From Cyanophora paradoxa CCMP329 (lineage: Eukaryota > Plantae > Glaucophyta): DNA of 64,000 bases. The position numbers were made by a program, and so were the translations under genes. Positions 53,415 through 64,000 of the stretch are shown in pieces; position 1 is the first letter of the stretch; the number at the start of each line of letters is the position of its first letter. The notes under the pieces were generated by a model, which saw only the letters and a program-made list of their open reading frames with translations, ran no database searches and had not been told where the DNA came from. The DNA lies in NCBI GenBank assembly GCA_004431415.1, contig QPMI01000427.1, positions 116,030 through 180,029 on the forward strand. The letters are read 5' to 3'.

Positions 53415-53687
53415 ATGGACATAATACGAAAGTTCTTCGAGATGTTCAGTCTGCATGTGGTGAGCAATTGCCACAGTGGATGTTGTGAGACAACAGTGGA
53501 GTTTGAGATGTCAGATAATGAGGATAATGCCTCAGAAGCAAGAGAGAGAAGGAGGTCTACAGTTTCTGTGGAATCAATGCCAGCAGACCCCACAGAGTAT
53601 ACATATGAGCAACAGGAGTATCCAAGGAGAAGTTCTCTGCCAGCAGAAAACGTTTTCTCTGGGAATATAAATGGAGGACACTATTAG
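53415..53687 (+). CDS. Conserved hypothetical protein (HVVSNCHSxCC motif)
   Basis: Homologue of 31494-31889. Confidence 0.8.
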   Translation: MDIIRKFFEMFSLHVVSNCHSGCCETTVEFEMSDNEDNASEARERRRSTVSVESMPADPTEYTYEQQEYPRRSSLPAENVFSGNINGGHY

Positions 53688-53916
53688 TTTAATCGAGTTT
53701 ACCAGTGATGAACCTGTTACTGAGGGTTCTATTAGACACATTCTAGCAATGCAGAAACGATATAGAGAGGACCCAGCATATAGAGAGTATAAAAAGCAGC
53801 AAGCCTTGGCATCCTATTATCGAAGAAAAGCCCAAAAAGAGGAGCAGAGACCCAGAGGTAGACCAATTAAATATTATTTGCCTACTGAAAGTAGCAATGG
53901 ACCCCCAGGTCTATAA
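53671..53916 (+). CDS. Small basic protein with AT-hook-like RPRGRP
   Basis: QKRYREDPAYREYKKQQA..YYRRK...RPRGRP resembles the neighbouring basic protein. Confidence 0.6.
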   Translation: MEDTISLIEFTSDEPVTEGSIRHILAMQKRYREDPAYREYKKQQALASYYRRKAQKEEQRPRGRPIKYYLPTESSNGPPGL

Positions 53917-54068
53917 GATAATTGAGAAAAAGCGGTCTCAGTATGCCACTGAGGCAGCTATAAAAGTTTACAGACAGGAACTGGTGTTCGCAACAAAAAA
54001 TGACTTAAGGAAAAAGTAGATAGATTGTATTGAGGAAAAATTATTTTCGTATCTACTATTAAAGAGAA

Positions 54069-54473
54069 ATGCCGAATATCCGCAAGATACTCACAGATGA
54101 TGAAAAAGCAGAGAAGCTGAGACTGAAAAGGGAGCAAGATGCCCAAAGAAAACGCGAAGCCTATCATAAAAAGAAGCAGGAACGATTATCCCAAGGAGCC
54201 GCTACAGTTCACACACCAGAAGAACTCAAAAAGATTGCCCTCAGACACCAGAGGAAATACAGGGAAAATGAAGAATATCGCGAGCAAAAAAGGCAAAAGC
54301 GCTGGAATATTACCACAAGAAGAAAGATGAACAGCCCAAGAAACCCAAAGAGCATAAACCGGTTGGAAGACCTCGGAAATATATCGAAGAATAAATTCTC
54401 GATCGAAACAAATTTTGTAGAAATCGATTTGATCGGAGGCAAAAAAATGACAGCTTTCTTCCCTCTTTTTTAA
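54069..54473 (+). CDS. Basic coiled-coil protein
   Basis: Homologue of 30901-31392; C-terminus probably frameshifted. Confidence 0.78.
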   Translation: MPNIRKILTDDEKAEKLRLKREQDAQRKREAYHKKKQERLSQGAATVHTPEELKKIALRHQRKYRENEEYREQKRQKRWNITTRRKMNSPRNPKSINRLEDLGNISKNKFSIETNFVEIDLIGGKKMTAFFPLF

Positions 54474-54611
54474 AACTGTACCTATATATCGAGACAGTAT
54501 CCCGACCCAAAACTACTTAAGGACTTGGCAAATAATAGGATATATATAAAAGACAATTCCTCCTTCCGAAATTATTTTCTTCGTTAAAGGTAGAAGTCCC
54601 CAAAATCGAAA

Positions 54612-57205
54612 ATGAACAAAATCGAGAAATTCGCCACCCCTGTTGAAAATGCTACATTCCTTAGTACTCTCATTGGTGATCGCAACAAGGTCACCCATGT
54701 ATTTGATTCTGCCGAAGATGCCCTTGAAGCCATTGATAATAGCAAGGTTAAGACCTGGGCTGAATGCATTCAACCTGAGCAAGTGACCAGAGTTTACCTG
54801 GACCTGGATAAATTCGCTGATTTGAAGGAGAACATTGCTGATAACTATGCTGAGGCGGAAACTGTTGTAAGAGAGATGAGAGATAAGCTATGGAAGCGAT
54901 CTGGTACCACTTCTATTAACGATATTGCTGTTGCAGTTCGCCATAGAAGGGTTTATTTGATTAAGGAGGATGTCACCAAGTTCAAGATTTCAGCCCACTT
55001 TATTATTAAATCGCTTGCATGCAAACATGAAGATATCCCCAAGCTTTTCAAAGCGATGGGATTGGTGAAAAATGAGGATTATGACAGTGGAGTTTACAGC
55101 TCCACACAGAACCTAATCTGCCTCAATTGCTGCAAAGGTGAGACTCTGGATGCTCAAAATAAGTCGAAAAAAGATGTTGATAAAAACGTTTGCTTTAAGA
55201 AATTCGTTGACTGTGACAAAGTGTTAATGCGAAATGAGGACTTCTTTGTATCTTACTTCTCAGCTACTACTAAACTTGTGGATGAATCAAATATTTCTGC
55301 ATTTGCAAATTATACTCCTGAGCCAAAACCAGTTAAAAAGGAGCCAAAAAGTGATAAAGTGAAGACTGAGAAGGTAGAAGCTGAAAAAGACACTGAACCC
55401 GAAAATCCTGTTACTTTCGAACTGCTACAAAGTGTTATAATGGGTCTCAATGCTGAAAGAGCCAGCGAGTATAAGACTTGGATTGATGTTGGACTGGTCA
55501 TCATCAATGTTGGGGAAGACAACAAATTTACCCCTAAAATGCAGGCTGAACTCTTCCACCAATTCTCAGAACAGAGTGACAAGTATGATTATGATGAATG
55601 CCAGGAAAAGTTTACACAGCTTCGCAGAAGCAAGAAGAAGGCTGAGCCTGGCAAAGTGTTGACCTTCAAATCCTTGGTTTATTGGTTGAGCAAAGATAAC
55701 AATGAGCTTTTCAAGGAACTCTTCCCCAAAAAGTATGCATTCCTACCAGAGGACACAGATGAAATCGATTACAAGACTGCAAGTATCCCTCCTTTGGCTG
55801 AACATTACAATGTGCATAAGAGGTATTTCAATGCTCGCATGCATCATGTTGAAAATGTTGGTTGTGTGATGCTCTGGGATGAACAACTACTTTGCTGGAT
55901 GCCCAAAGACATTGGAAAACTGTCTACAAAGCATTTCCCCACTTGATGCATAAGGTGATTGTGAATGAGGGGACAGATAATGAGAAAGAGAAATGGGAGC
56001 AATCATTTAGGAAATGGATTGTGGATCCAACAGCCACAAGATCAACTTACATGGATTTCCTCCCACCTCCTGCTACTCTCAGTGCAAAATGCAAGTCTGT
56101 ATTTAATCTCTATCCAGGAATGAAGGTCGACCATCAGCAATTCGAAAATGCTCCAGAGGATGTAACTGCTGAGATGATTAAGCCTTTCCTTGATCACTTG
56201 TTCTTAATGTCTGGTGAGGATCAAAATACCTATGAATATCTGTTGAAATGGTTTGCCCACATGCTGCAAAAGCCTGGGGAACTCAATGGAGTATCCTTAA
56301 TCTTCATTGGTGAACAGGGAACTGGTAAGAATGTGTTGGTTGATACTTTCCAAAAGAAGATACTTGGAGATGCCCTGAGTTATGCAACTGGTAAGCCAAA
56401 AGAGGATCTGTTTGGTCGATTTGCCCACAATAGAGAGGATAAGATCTTGATTGTTGTGAATGAAGCCTCAGGCAAGGACACATTCGAAAATAATGATATG
56501 CTTAAAGATCTCATTACTTCTGATAAGATTGTTATTGAACACAAAGGGATAGATTCATACACAAAAAGCAACTTTGCCAGGATTATATTCACCAGCAATA
56601 ACAACATTCCAGTTAAAATTGAAGCTGGAGATAGGCGATTTGTGGTTGTTGAAGTTAGTAAGAAATTCGCAAAGGATAGGTCATACTTCCTTCCACTTGT
56701 AAAATGGCTTAATGATCACTGCAATATTCGAAACATTGCCCACTATTTGAGAACCAAAGTTGAATGTGAGGATGTGAACTGGATTGCTGATAGACCCCTT
56801 ACAAATAAATACTATTTAGCCCAGCAGGTGTGCGCTCCAATCATCCTTATGTTCACTAAGTGGCTTGTGGATCGAGGCTTAATTTCCGAGAATAAATGCA
56901 AGTCTGGTAGCCTTGTGGAAACCTGGAAATGGTTCCAGGAGTTCATTACCAGCAATAAATATAAAAACGATTATAATAGTCGCAGATATTATACAGAAAT
57001 GCGAAGTGTTACATATATCCAAGTGAAAACTACAAATGGTAAACAATACTATCATTTCCTATTCCCACAAGTATTTGAGGAATTCAGAAAGATGAAGCTT
57101 GTAGATGATGAGACCATTGAGGAAGAAGCTAATCCAAGGATGAAACAAGAACTACCTGCTGCTGATCCTGATGCATCAGATTATGACTCTGATGTTGAAG
57201 TTTAG
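54612..57205 (+). CDS. AEP primase + PriCT-2 + SF3 helicase (one frameshift near 55935)
   Basis: RVYLDLD, KISAHFII, DSGVY; YKTWIDVG...FHQFSEQSDKYD; GEQGTGKN, VVNE, FTSNN, GDRRF. Confidence 0.9.
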
Positions 57206-57397
57206 GTTTACTCAAAAGTGGACTCACAGTTGACTCAAATTTATCATAAAAGACCCAAACAGTCTTTTATTTATGGTTTATTTATCGATTAGGTTGACTA
57301 AGTGGGGGAGTTGACTCATTTTTTCACAGATTCTAAAAGAGGACTCTGCCCTAAAAAGAAATAAAAAGTGCCTCAACTCCACCCACTAAGTCAACCA
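57206..57397. promoter_or_regulatory. Putative replication origin: internal degenerate copy of the TIR iteron block
   Basis: aaagtggactca..gttgactca, ggttgactaagtgggggagttgac and inverted tcaactccacccactaagtcaacc match motifs at 63275-63460. Confidence 0.6.
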
Positions 57398-57447
57398 AAA
57401 AATGATTTAAGAGATAGAAAAATATATTTATATGTAACTAGTAAGAA

Positions 57448-57798
57448 ATGGCTGGAACAGATCATGATTCTGGATCGATCTATATGATTGAGAGTCAGGA
57501 AATGAACAAAGTCTACATAGGAAGAACCTCACAGCCACTTCAAAAAAGATGGAGACAACACAAATCAGGTCAAATGCCATCTACAGCAGACCTATGCAAG
57601 GCTTCTGATGTGAAGTTCTCAGTCCTGTATTCAAGTAAGAAGGGTGGGCATGAAGACCTTATGAACAGAGAAGCATATTACATGTATTTGTTTGAACCTT
57701 GGATAGTCAATCTACAAAAACCGAAATCTCGATTTAGGATTAATAGGTTTTTGCGATTTCATTCAGAGGAAGCCAATGGATCCATTAAAACATTTTAA
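57448..57798 (+). CDS. GIY-YIG endonuclease
   Basis: GSIYMI...KVYIGRT...KRWRQH...REAYY...VN. Confidence 0.85.
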   Translation: MAGTDHDSGSIYMIESQEMNKVYIGRTSQPLQKRWRQHKSGQMPSTADLCKASDVKFSVLYSSKKGGHEDLMNREAYYMYLFEPWIVNLQKPKSRFRINRFLRFHSEEANGSIKTF

Positions 57799-57858
57799 AT
57801 TGCGTTTAGAACATCCTAAAATAAAATATCCCCTTAGAATAGGAACAAGTTAGGAATA

Positions 57859-60800
57859 ATGCCCCGAATTACCAACAAACTCATAAGGGAGAAGAAATGG
57901 GAACTCATGGGATTGCTGGGAACACTATATGCAGCCCATGAAATAACAGAGGCTGAATATGACCGGGAAATAGATTTAATTGCAAGGGGCAGACCCACTT
58001 TAAGCAGATTAACCAGAAAAGCAAATAACCTATATGATAAAATTGAAACCTTGGATGAACTGGATAGGCTTAGGCAAATAGAACCAGAGGCAGAAGATGG
58101 AACAGCCATGAATGAATTATATCGCTGGCTCACTTACAGAGCCAGAAGGGAAGTTGTTGTAGATGTGATTGAATTCCTGGACAGAATTGCTACATCCCTT
58201 CCTAATCGATTAAAGCAGGGTTTAGATCAATTCAGGGCAATCAAGGTTCGCTTGTCTTTTATCTGCAAGTTCGTAAAAGTGAGCAATCCACAGGTTTGGA
58301 TATCGAAATACATTTACAGTGATTACTTTGTATTAACCAGGTCGAGAAATATTCGAACTGAGCTGAATAAAGCAGCCCAAATGTGTCAGGAGCAGATGAA
58401 TGTGGTTGATAGCTATCGCTTAGAAAGAATTGAAATACTCAGAGTGGCTATTATGAGTTATGCTCCAACTGGTGGTTGCTTTCTACAAACCCAGAGTGGA
58501 TTGCTAGGAAGAGAGCCACAGTGAATATTCGAAATATTGATGATTCCTGCTTCGAAAATGCGATTTTAGCCTCGATTTACAGAAAATCTATTAACTCCCA
58601 TAAGAGGAATGAGCTTTCACAATATCGCAAATGGAAATACTCAGCAATCGCTTATAATCCGCTGGCTCTGAATTTCGATAACATCCCATTCCCTGTTGCC
58701 TGTGATGCTGAGATTATTGATAAATTCGAGGCTCAAAATGCAGGCATTAGCATTAATATATTTGGAATCGATGGAGAGGTTATTTATCCCCTGCATCAAT
58801 CCAGTAACCCAGGCAGAAAGCATAAGGTTAATCTCATGCTGATATTTGATGATGAAGGGAATGGTCATTATATTACAATCATGTCCCTTTCAAGATTATT
58901 GAAAGTAAACCATGAAACATACAATGATCAAAAGTTACACTACTGTGATACATGCTTATCTCGATTCAGGTCTGAGGCTAAACTCACTGCTCATGTGGAC
59001 TCAAACAGATGCATTGATTGGAGACTCTCAAAGGGAATCACCCCTAAACCTGAGACCACCATAGAGTTTGGACTGAAAAACCTCAGGAAAACTGTGTGGC
59101 TTCCTGTTGTGGTTTACTGCAAGATTGAACATAGAAGCATCCCCATTGATGCATCGAAATCCAAAAGGGAAGTCTCAGCAGTCAACCTGAGAGTAGTCAC
59201 TGGGGAAGATGTTCAAGATTTTCGATTTGAGGGCAGGATCCAATGGGAGGTCTCTTTGAATGCTTGGAGTCCAAAGCTAGAGAACTAATCGATTTCCTGT
59301 TCACCAATATTCCAATGAATGAACTCACAGATGAGCAAAAGGCTATTTACAGGGCTACTAAACACTGTTACCTTTGCAGTGAGAGGTTCACTAAGGAAAA
59401 CTTCAAATGCAGAGATCATGATCACCACACAGGTAATTACATTGCACCTGCATGCAGAAACTGCAATCTCCATAGGAGAATCTCAAAGCAAACCAAAGTT
59501 GCAGTTGTTGTTGACCAAATGGATGACTGTGGGACATTCATTTTCAGAAAAATAGCAGGCATGGGTGATAAAAAGCGAATCGAAATCCTTTCGAAAAACT
59601 TTGATCAATACCTGTCATTGCAATGGGTCTTTACAAGTTCATTGATGCAAGCAATTTCATGGATTTTGGAGCTGCTGATGTAGATGAGTTAATGAACAAA
59701 TTCCAGGCTTTTAGAAGGCTTTCACACTCAGTATATGGATTGGACCCAGTTCATTATGTATCTGCACCTGGGTTATCTTGGGATGCTATGCTTAGGACCA
59801 CCAAGGCAAAAATAGAGCTTATAAGTGATGTAGAGCAATACGAATTTGTTGAGAGGGAATCAGGGGTGGCTTTGCAACAATGCCTTGTAGGTATGCTGAG
59901 GCTGATGGTGAAAACTCCCACATTATGCTGTTTGATGCTAACAACTTGTATGGCTACTGTTTGAGTCAGCCAATCCCAGTTGGTGATTTTAGATGGGAGA
60001 CCGAATTCAACCCACAAGATAACAGATCCAGTTTCCTGGAAGTTGATCTGGATTACCCAATTAGGCTATATCTAGACCACAGTGATTTCCCCCTAATTAT
60101 TAACAAGAAAATAGTAGAATATGCCGAATTATCACAATATCAAAAGAGCCTATTAGATCTTTCAGGAGAAGAGCTTGATAAGACCCCTAAGCTAACTGCA
60201 ACCTTTGGTTCTGTGACCAACTATGTGATTTCTGAGCCTCTTCTACAGTATCTGTTGGACAAAGGTGTGAAATTAAAGAAAGTTCACAGGGTCCTATCAT
60301 TTACTGTGGCTCCTGTCATGAAACCCTATATTGAGCTGAACACTGAGATGAGAAGGAAAGCAGTGAATAAATTCGAGGCTGATTTCTATAAGCTCATGAA
60401 TAACTCAATCTATGGGAAATGCATTGAATCTTGCAGAGGTAGATCTGTGGTTAAGATTGCAAACAGTGAGAAACTGTTTATGAAATATGCAGCCTCTCCA
60501 TTGGTGAAATCAACAAGCCCCATAAACGAAAGAGCAGTTGCCTTTGAGTTTTACACAAAACATGTGAAGCTAGATAAGCCAGTTGCCATTGGAGCCTATG
60601 TTTGGATGCAGCCAAACTGCATAATTACCAGTTCTTCTATGATACTGTAAGGTCCCAATGGTCCAAAGCCAAATTACTGTTCCATGATACTGATTCCTTT
60701 TGTCTATATATCGAATCTAAGACCTTACAAAAAGATATAGAGAATATATCTTATGCCTTGGACCTAGGGGGATCTAACAGAATGACCCCAGGTAAATACA

Positions 60801-61099
60801 AAAATGAGATGCCAGGTTCTGCTATATTGGAGTATGTGGGTCTCAGAGCCAAAGTTTACAGTTTCAGAACTGCTGAGATTGAGAGGAGTAAGCTCTCTGG
60901 GACTTCAACTGAGGAACTCCAATTTAATGATTTTAAGCAGTGTTTATTTGCAGGTATCAGCAAGACTGTGACTGCAAAGCAGAAAAGAAGGGCAGATCAC
61001 ACAATAATAGACACTGTGAGTAGAAGGGTTGCCCTAAACTGCTTTGATGCAAAGAGATACATCTTACCAGATGGTATTAATTCTGTTCCTTTTAATTAA
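57859..61099 (+). CDS. Protein-primed family B DNA polymerase (Polinton group-2-like, with endonuclease VII-like insert), split into about six frames
   Basis: NIRNIDDSCF...HYITIMSLSRL; CYLC...RDHDHHTGNYIAPACRNCNL; GLDPVHYVSAPGLSWDAML; FDANNLYG; YKLMNNSIYGK; HDTDSF; YVGLRAKVYS; FDAKRYI. Confidence 0.92.
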
Positions 61100-61102
61100 G
61101 AG

Positions 61103-62487
61103 ATGCCAGCAACTGGAAGAATAGTTAGAAGAACCACTGAGCAACTGCAAGGTAACCTACTGCCCATCACAGTTCCAAAGGAGGAAAAGGGGAATCTCGA
61201 ATTGTCAAAAAATCAGAGATGAAAGAGCTTGTCCCAGTAGAGATCCCAGTTGCTATTGCAGTGAAAGAAACTAGCAAGATTGCCAAGAGATTCTATGATG
61301 TGAGGACTGGTTACAAAGGGCTTCAAGCTATGAGAGCTGAGTTACCAGATGAATCCTATAAGCAGTTGCAAGAGTTCTATAAAAAACAAGAAGTTGTTCA
61401 GATCAATGCACCTGCTATATCTAGGAAGAGAGATCCCATGGTCCCAATTAGGCAACCCCTTGATACCTATGTGATTGATTTGCTCTTTTTCCCAGCTTAT
61501 AAGAAACAAAACAATGGCTATGATACATTTATGACTGCAATGGAATCAACACTGAGAACTGGGTATATTATACCTATAAGAGATAAATCAGCTCTCACTA
61601 CATTGGCTGCATTTAAACAGCTTGAGATGAGAGTGGCAAGACCAATAGTAAAGGTTCAATCAGATGCTGGGAGTGAATTCCAAAATCGAATATTCCAGGA
61701 GTATTTATCTAGTAAATACATAGAACACCAAGTGAGTGGAACTGCAGACCATAGAAGCCAAGGTCGAATTGAAGCCTTTAACAAGCAGATTAAGAGACTG
61801 ATCACAAACTACTGCATAGCTAATAACACAGCTAGATTCTTTGATGTGTTAGGTGATATTGAGTATAATTACAATAATACAGTTCACTCAGCTACTAAGA
61901 TGAAGCCAGGCGAAACTACAGAGGAGCATTATAGGTATATAGTGGGATTAGAAGATGAAAGATTCAAGAAATCAATAGCTTACCTTGATACCATGCAGCC
62001 TGGCATGTTTGTTAGAGTGAAAGTTGAGAAGAACCCCTTTGCTAAACAGGGTAACAATTGGTCTAGGATGGTTTACACTGTTGATAGTAGGGAAGGCTTT
62101 AAGTTTAAGCTAAGGAGTCCCACTGGTGAGATCATAGAAAACAGGTTTGCTTTCCATGAGCTGTTGCCTGTGAATGCAGTTGAATATCTAGAAACCCCTA
62201 CAGTGGATGCCTTAGAGCAAGCTAAAGAGGAAGCTAGGGTTGATGCTGCTATAAGGAGAGAAGGCATAGAAGCTGCTAATGAAGTCCCAGATAAGCCTTT
62301 GATAGAGGCTAGGAAGGAGAAGGCTGGGAAAGTTAATAGGGAACTCAAAAAGCTCACCATAGCAGGCACACAGAAACTTTCAGAAGTGAATAGCCAGAGA
62401 TGGTATAGTGACTTTCAGACTACTAAGGAGTCATATACAGCCCCTAAACCTCAAAGAACACTAAGAGAGAGGACCAAAACTAGCTAG
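61103..62487 (+). CDS. Retroviral-type (rve) integrase of PLV-2 (frameshift near 61190)
   Basis: YVIDLL (D), VQSDAGSEF (D), QGRIEAFNKQIK (E), YNNTVHSATKMKP; N-terminus GRIVRR...LPITVP matches PLV-1 integrase. Confidence 0.92.
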
Positions 62488-63271
62488 TTTGCTAGCCGAA
62501 AACTCGTTTTTTCCAAATATATGTATGACTGATATACATATATGCATATGATATACACATTGTCTTGTAGATCTTTCAAGCGCTTCACAGCGATATGCAG
62601 AACGTTGCGATTGATAATCTGGTGATGAGATACAAGCGTTTGAAGATGCCGATTATCGATTTTTCGAGATTTCGGAATGATGCATCATAATGATGTAATA
62701 ATGATGTATCATAAACACATAACATATATATATCGCCGTGATCGTCATGATCTCCCGAGTTCGATGGTGTGTCATATATATCATATACATATGCATCGTC
62801 ATTATGACATCATTTCGTAACATAACACGTCCGTCATCGTCTTTTTCCGCAGCGAACAGATAAGTGAACAGTTAACGAGACAACTATTGTAATAGTGTAC
62901 TGCAACAACAATTGAAAACAAGATATGCGGGAAAGCTATTGAAAGACAATGAAGCAAATTGCGAACAATTAAGTGAACAGTTAAGTGGACACCTGTTGGA
63001 GTAGGCAGTGTCTACTCGTTTATCGTGAAAAGGTGTCCACTTAACTGTTCATTTAACTGTTGACGAAAACCCATGCATTATGACATCATATCATTAAACC
63101 ACATACAAAACACTAAAATGCATGTATCTCTTCACCAACTCATCATGTGACAAAACCAAAACAGATTCGGAATCCTCTTAACGAGCCTGCCTGACGATGT
63201 AAGTATCATAGGCTCAATAATTCATATGTTATAAGCATCTCCCCTAGATTCCCCTATTATATAATATTTAT

Positions 63272-64000
63272 ATTAAAGTGGACTCAAGGTTGACTCATAT
63301 TAATCGTAAAAGTAGTAATAGTATATGGATTTGTTACGAATTCAATGCAAGGGTTGACTAAGTGGTTGAGTTGACTCAAATTTCACAGGAAATATTTGGG
63401 ACCTAAAGTTTTCTAAAAAGGATTTCAAAAAATGTGTCAACTCCCCCACTTAGTCAACCCTGACCATAAACAGTAAGGATTTGAGCTAACATGTATCACC
63501 AAAGTGAACATTTTGAGTCCACTTAGAAGATCCACTTTTGAAATCCAAGTTGATTTTGCTTGAAATTTCAAAGTTGATCTAAAAGTGAGTCCACCCTGAT
63601 TGATTATGGTAACAAAGTTGACTAAGTTGACTAAGTTGAGTCATCTTAAGAAATTCAAAGAGACTAAGAGTTCAAAATGTTTATGAAAAGTGAGTCAACT
63701 TAGACCACTTCTGATAACAAAGTTAAATATTTAATTGATTTAATCGGAAAAGAACATGATTTAATCGAATTTATTGATATAATTCCGATTAGATTCATTT
63801 AGGATTCAATTAAGATCAATCGAAGTTATTGATATAATTCCGATTAACTACAATTAAGATACAATATCGATTAATCGAGTTTATCGATATAACATCGATT
63901 AAATTAATTGAAATTGCATTTAAAAATATGAAAATTCATGTGAAATTCAAATAAATTAATCGATTTTATTGATATAACATCGAATCACACATATGAATAT
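63272..64000 (-). repeat. Right terminal inverted repeat of PLV-2 (runs off the window)
   Basis: Reverse complement of 36922-37653. Confidence 0.95.

Larger units (their letters stand above)
36863..64000 (+). mobile_element. Endogenous Polinton-like virus PLV-2, about 27 kb, nearly complete
   Basis: Long TIRs at both ends; MCP, two minor capsid proteins, ATPase, pPolB, primase-helicase, integrase; no recognisable adenain-type maturation protease. Confidence 0.93.

Noticed and set aside
36863-64000. Classification as bacteriophage/prophage or as a classical virophage
   Set aside because: Phage-like fibre is present but core genes are jelly-roll capsids, A32 ATPase, pPolB and rve integrase in a eukaryotic context; no recognisable maturation protease and MCP resembles PLV type
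1-64000. tRNA, rRNA or telomeric repeats
   Set aside because: None recognisable by eye; a covariance-model scan was not possible

Overview
Eukaryotic genomic DNA (GC-rich host with spliceosomal introns; species not identifiable from sequence alone) that is almost entirely mobile DNA. 1-22.5 kb: a tyrosine-recombinase retrotransposon (Ngaro/PAT type, split direct repeats), a hAT-type element with 19-bp TIRs and 8-bp TSD, TA-flanked MITEs, several poly(A)-tailed non-LTR retroposon fragments (three with clear TSDs), and one intron-rich host gene for a Pro/Ser/Thr-rich surface protein. 22.6-64 kb: two AT-rich endogenous Polinton-like viruses (PLVs) in opposite orientation. PLV-1 (22.6-36.85 kb, partial) encodes a Dam-like methylase, AdoMet decarboxylase, rve integrase, a PolB-SF1 helicase-HNH fusion, packaging ATPase, HNH-AP2 nuclease and major/minor capsid proteins. 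PLV-2 (36.86-64 kb, nearly complete, ~730-bp TIRs, terminal hairpin) encodes AdoMet decarboxylase, a 2048-aa phage-like fibre with S74 chaperone, patatin-discoidin, two minor capsid proteins, MCP, ATPase, AEP-SF3 primase-helicase, GIY-YIG, pPolB and integrase. The two viruses are collinear homologues with different replication modules and opposite CpG signatures. Top leads: a stand-alone SAM decarboxylase in both viruses (candidate anti-methylation/anti-silencing system), context-specific CpG loss in PLV-2, and a host mutational process that inserts short fold-back palindromes. All annotations are by-eye motif recognition; no database searches were run.
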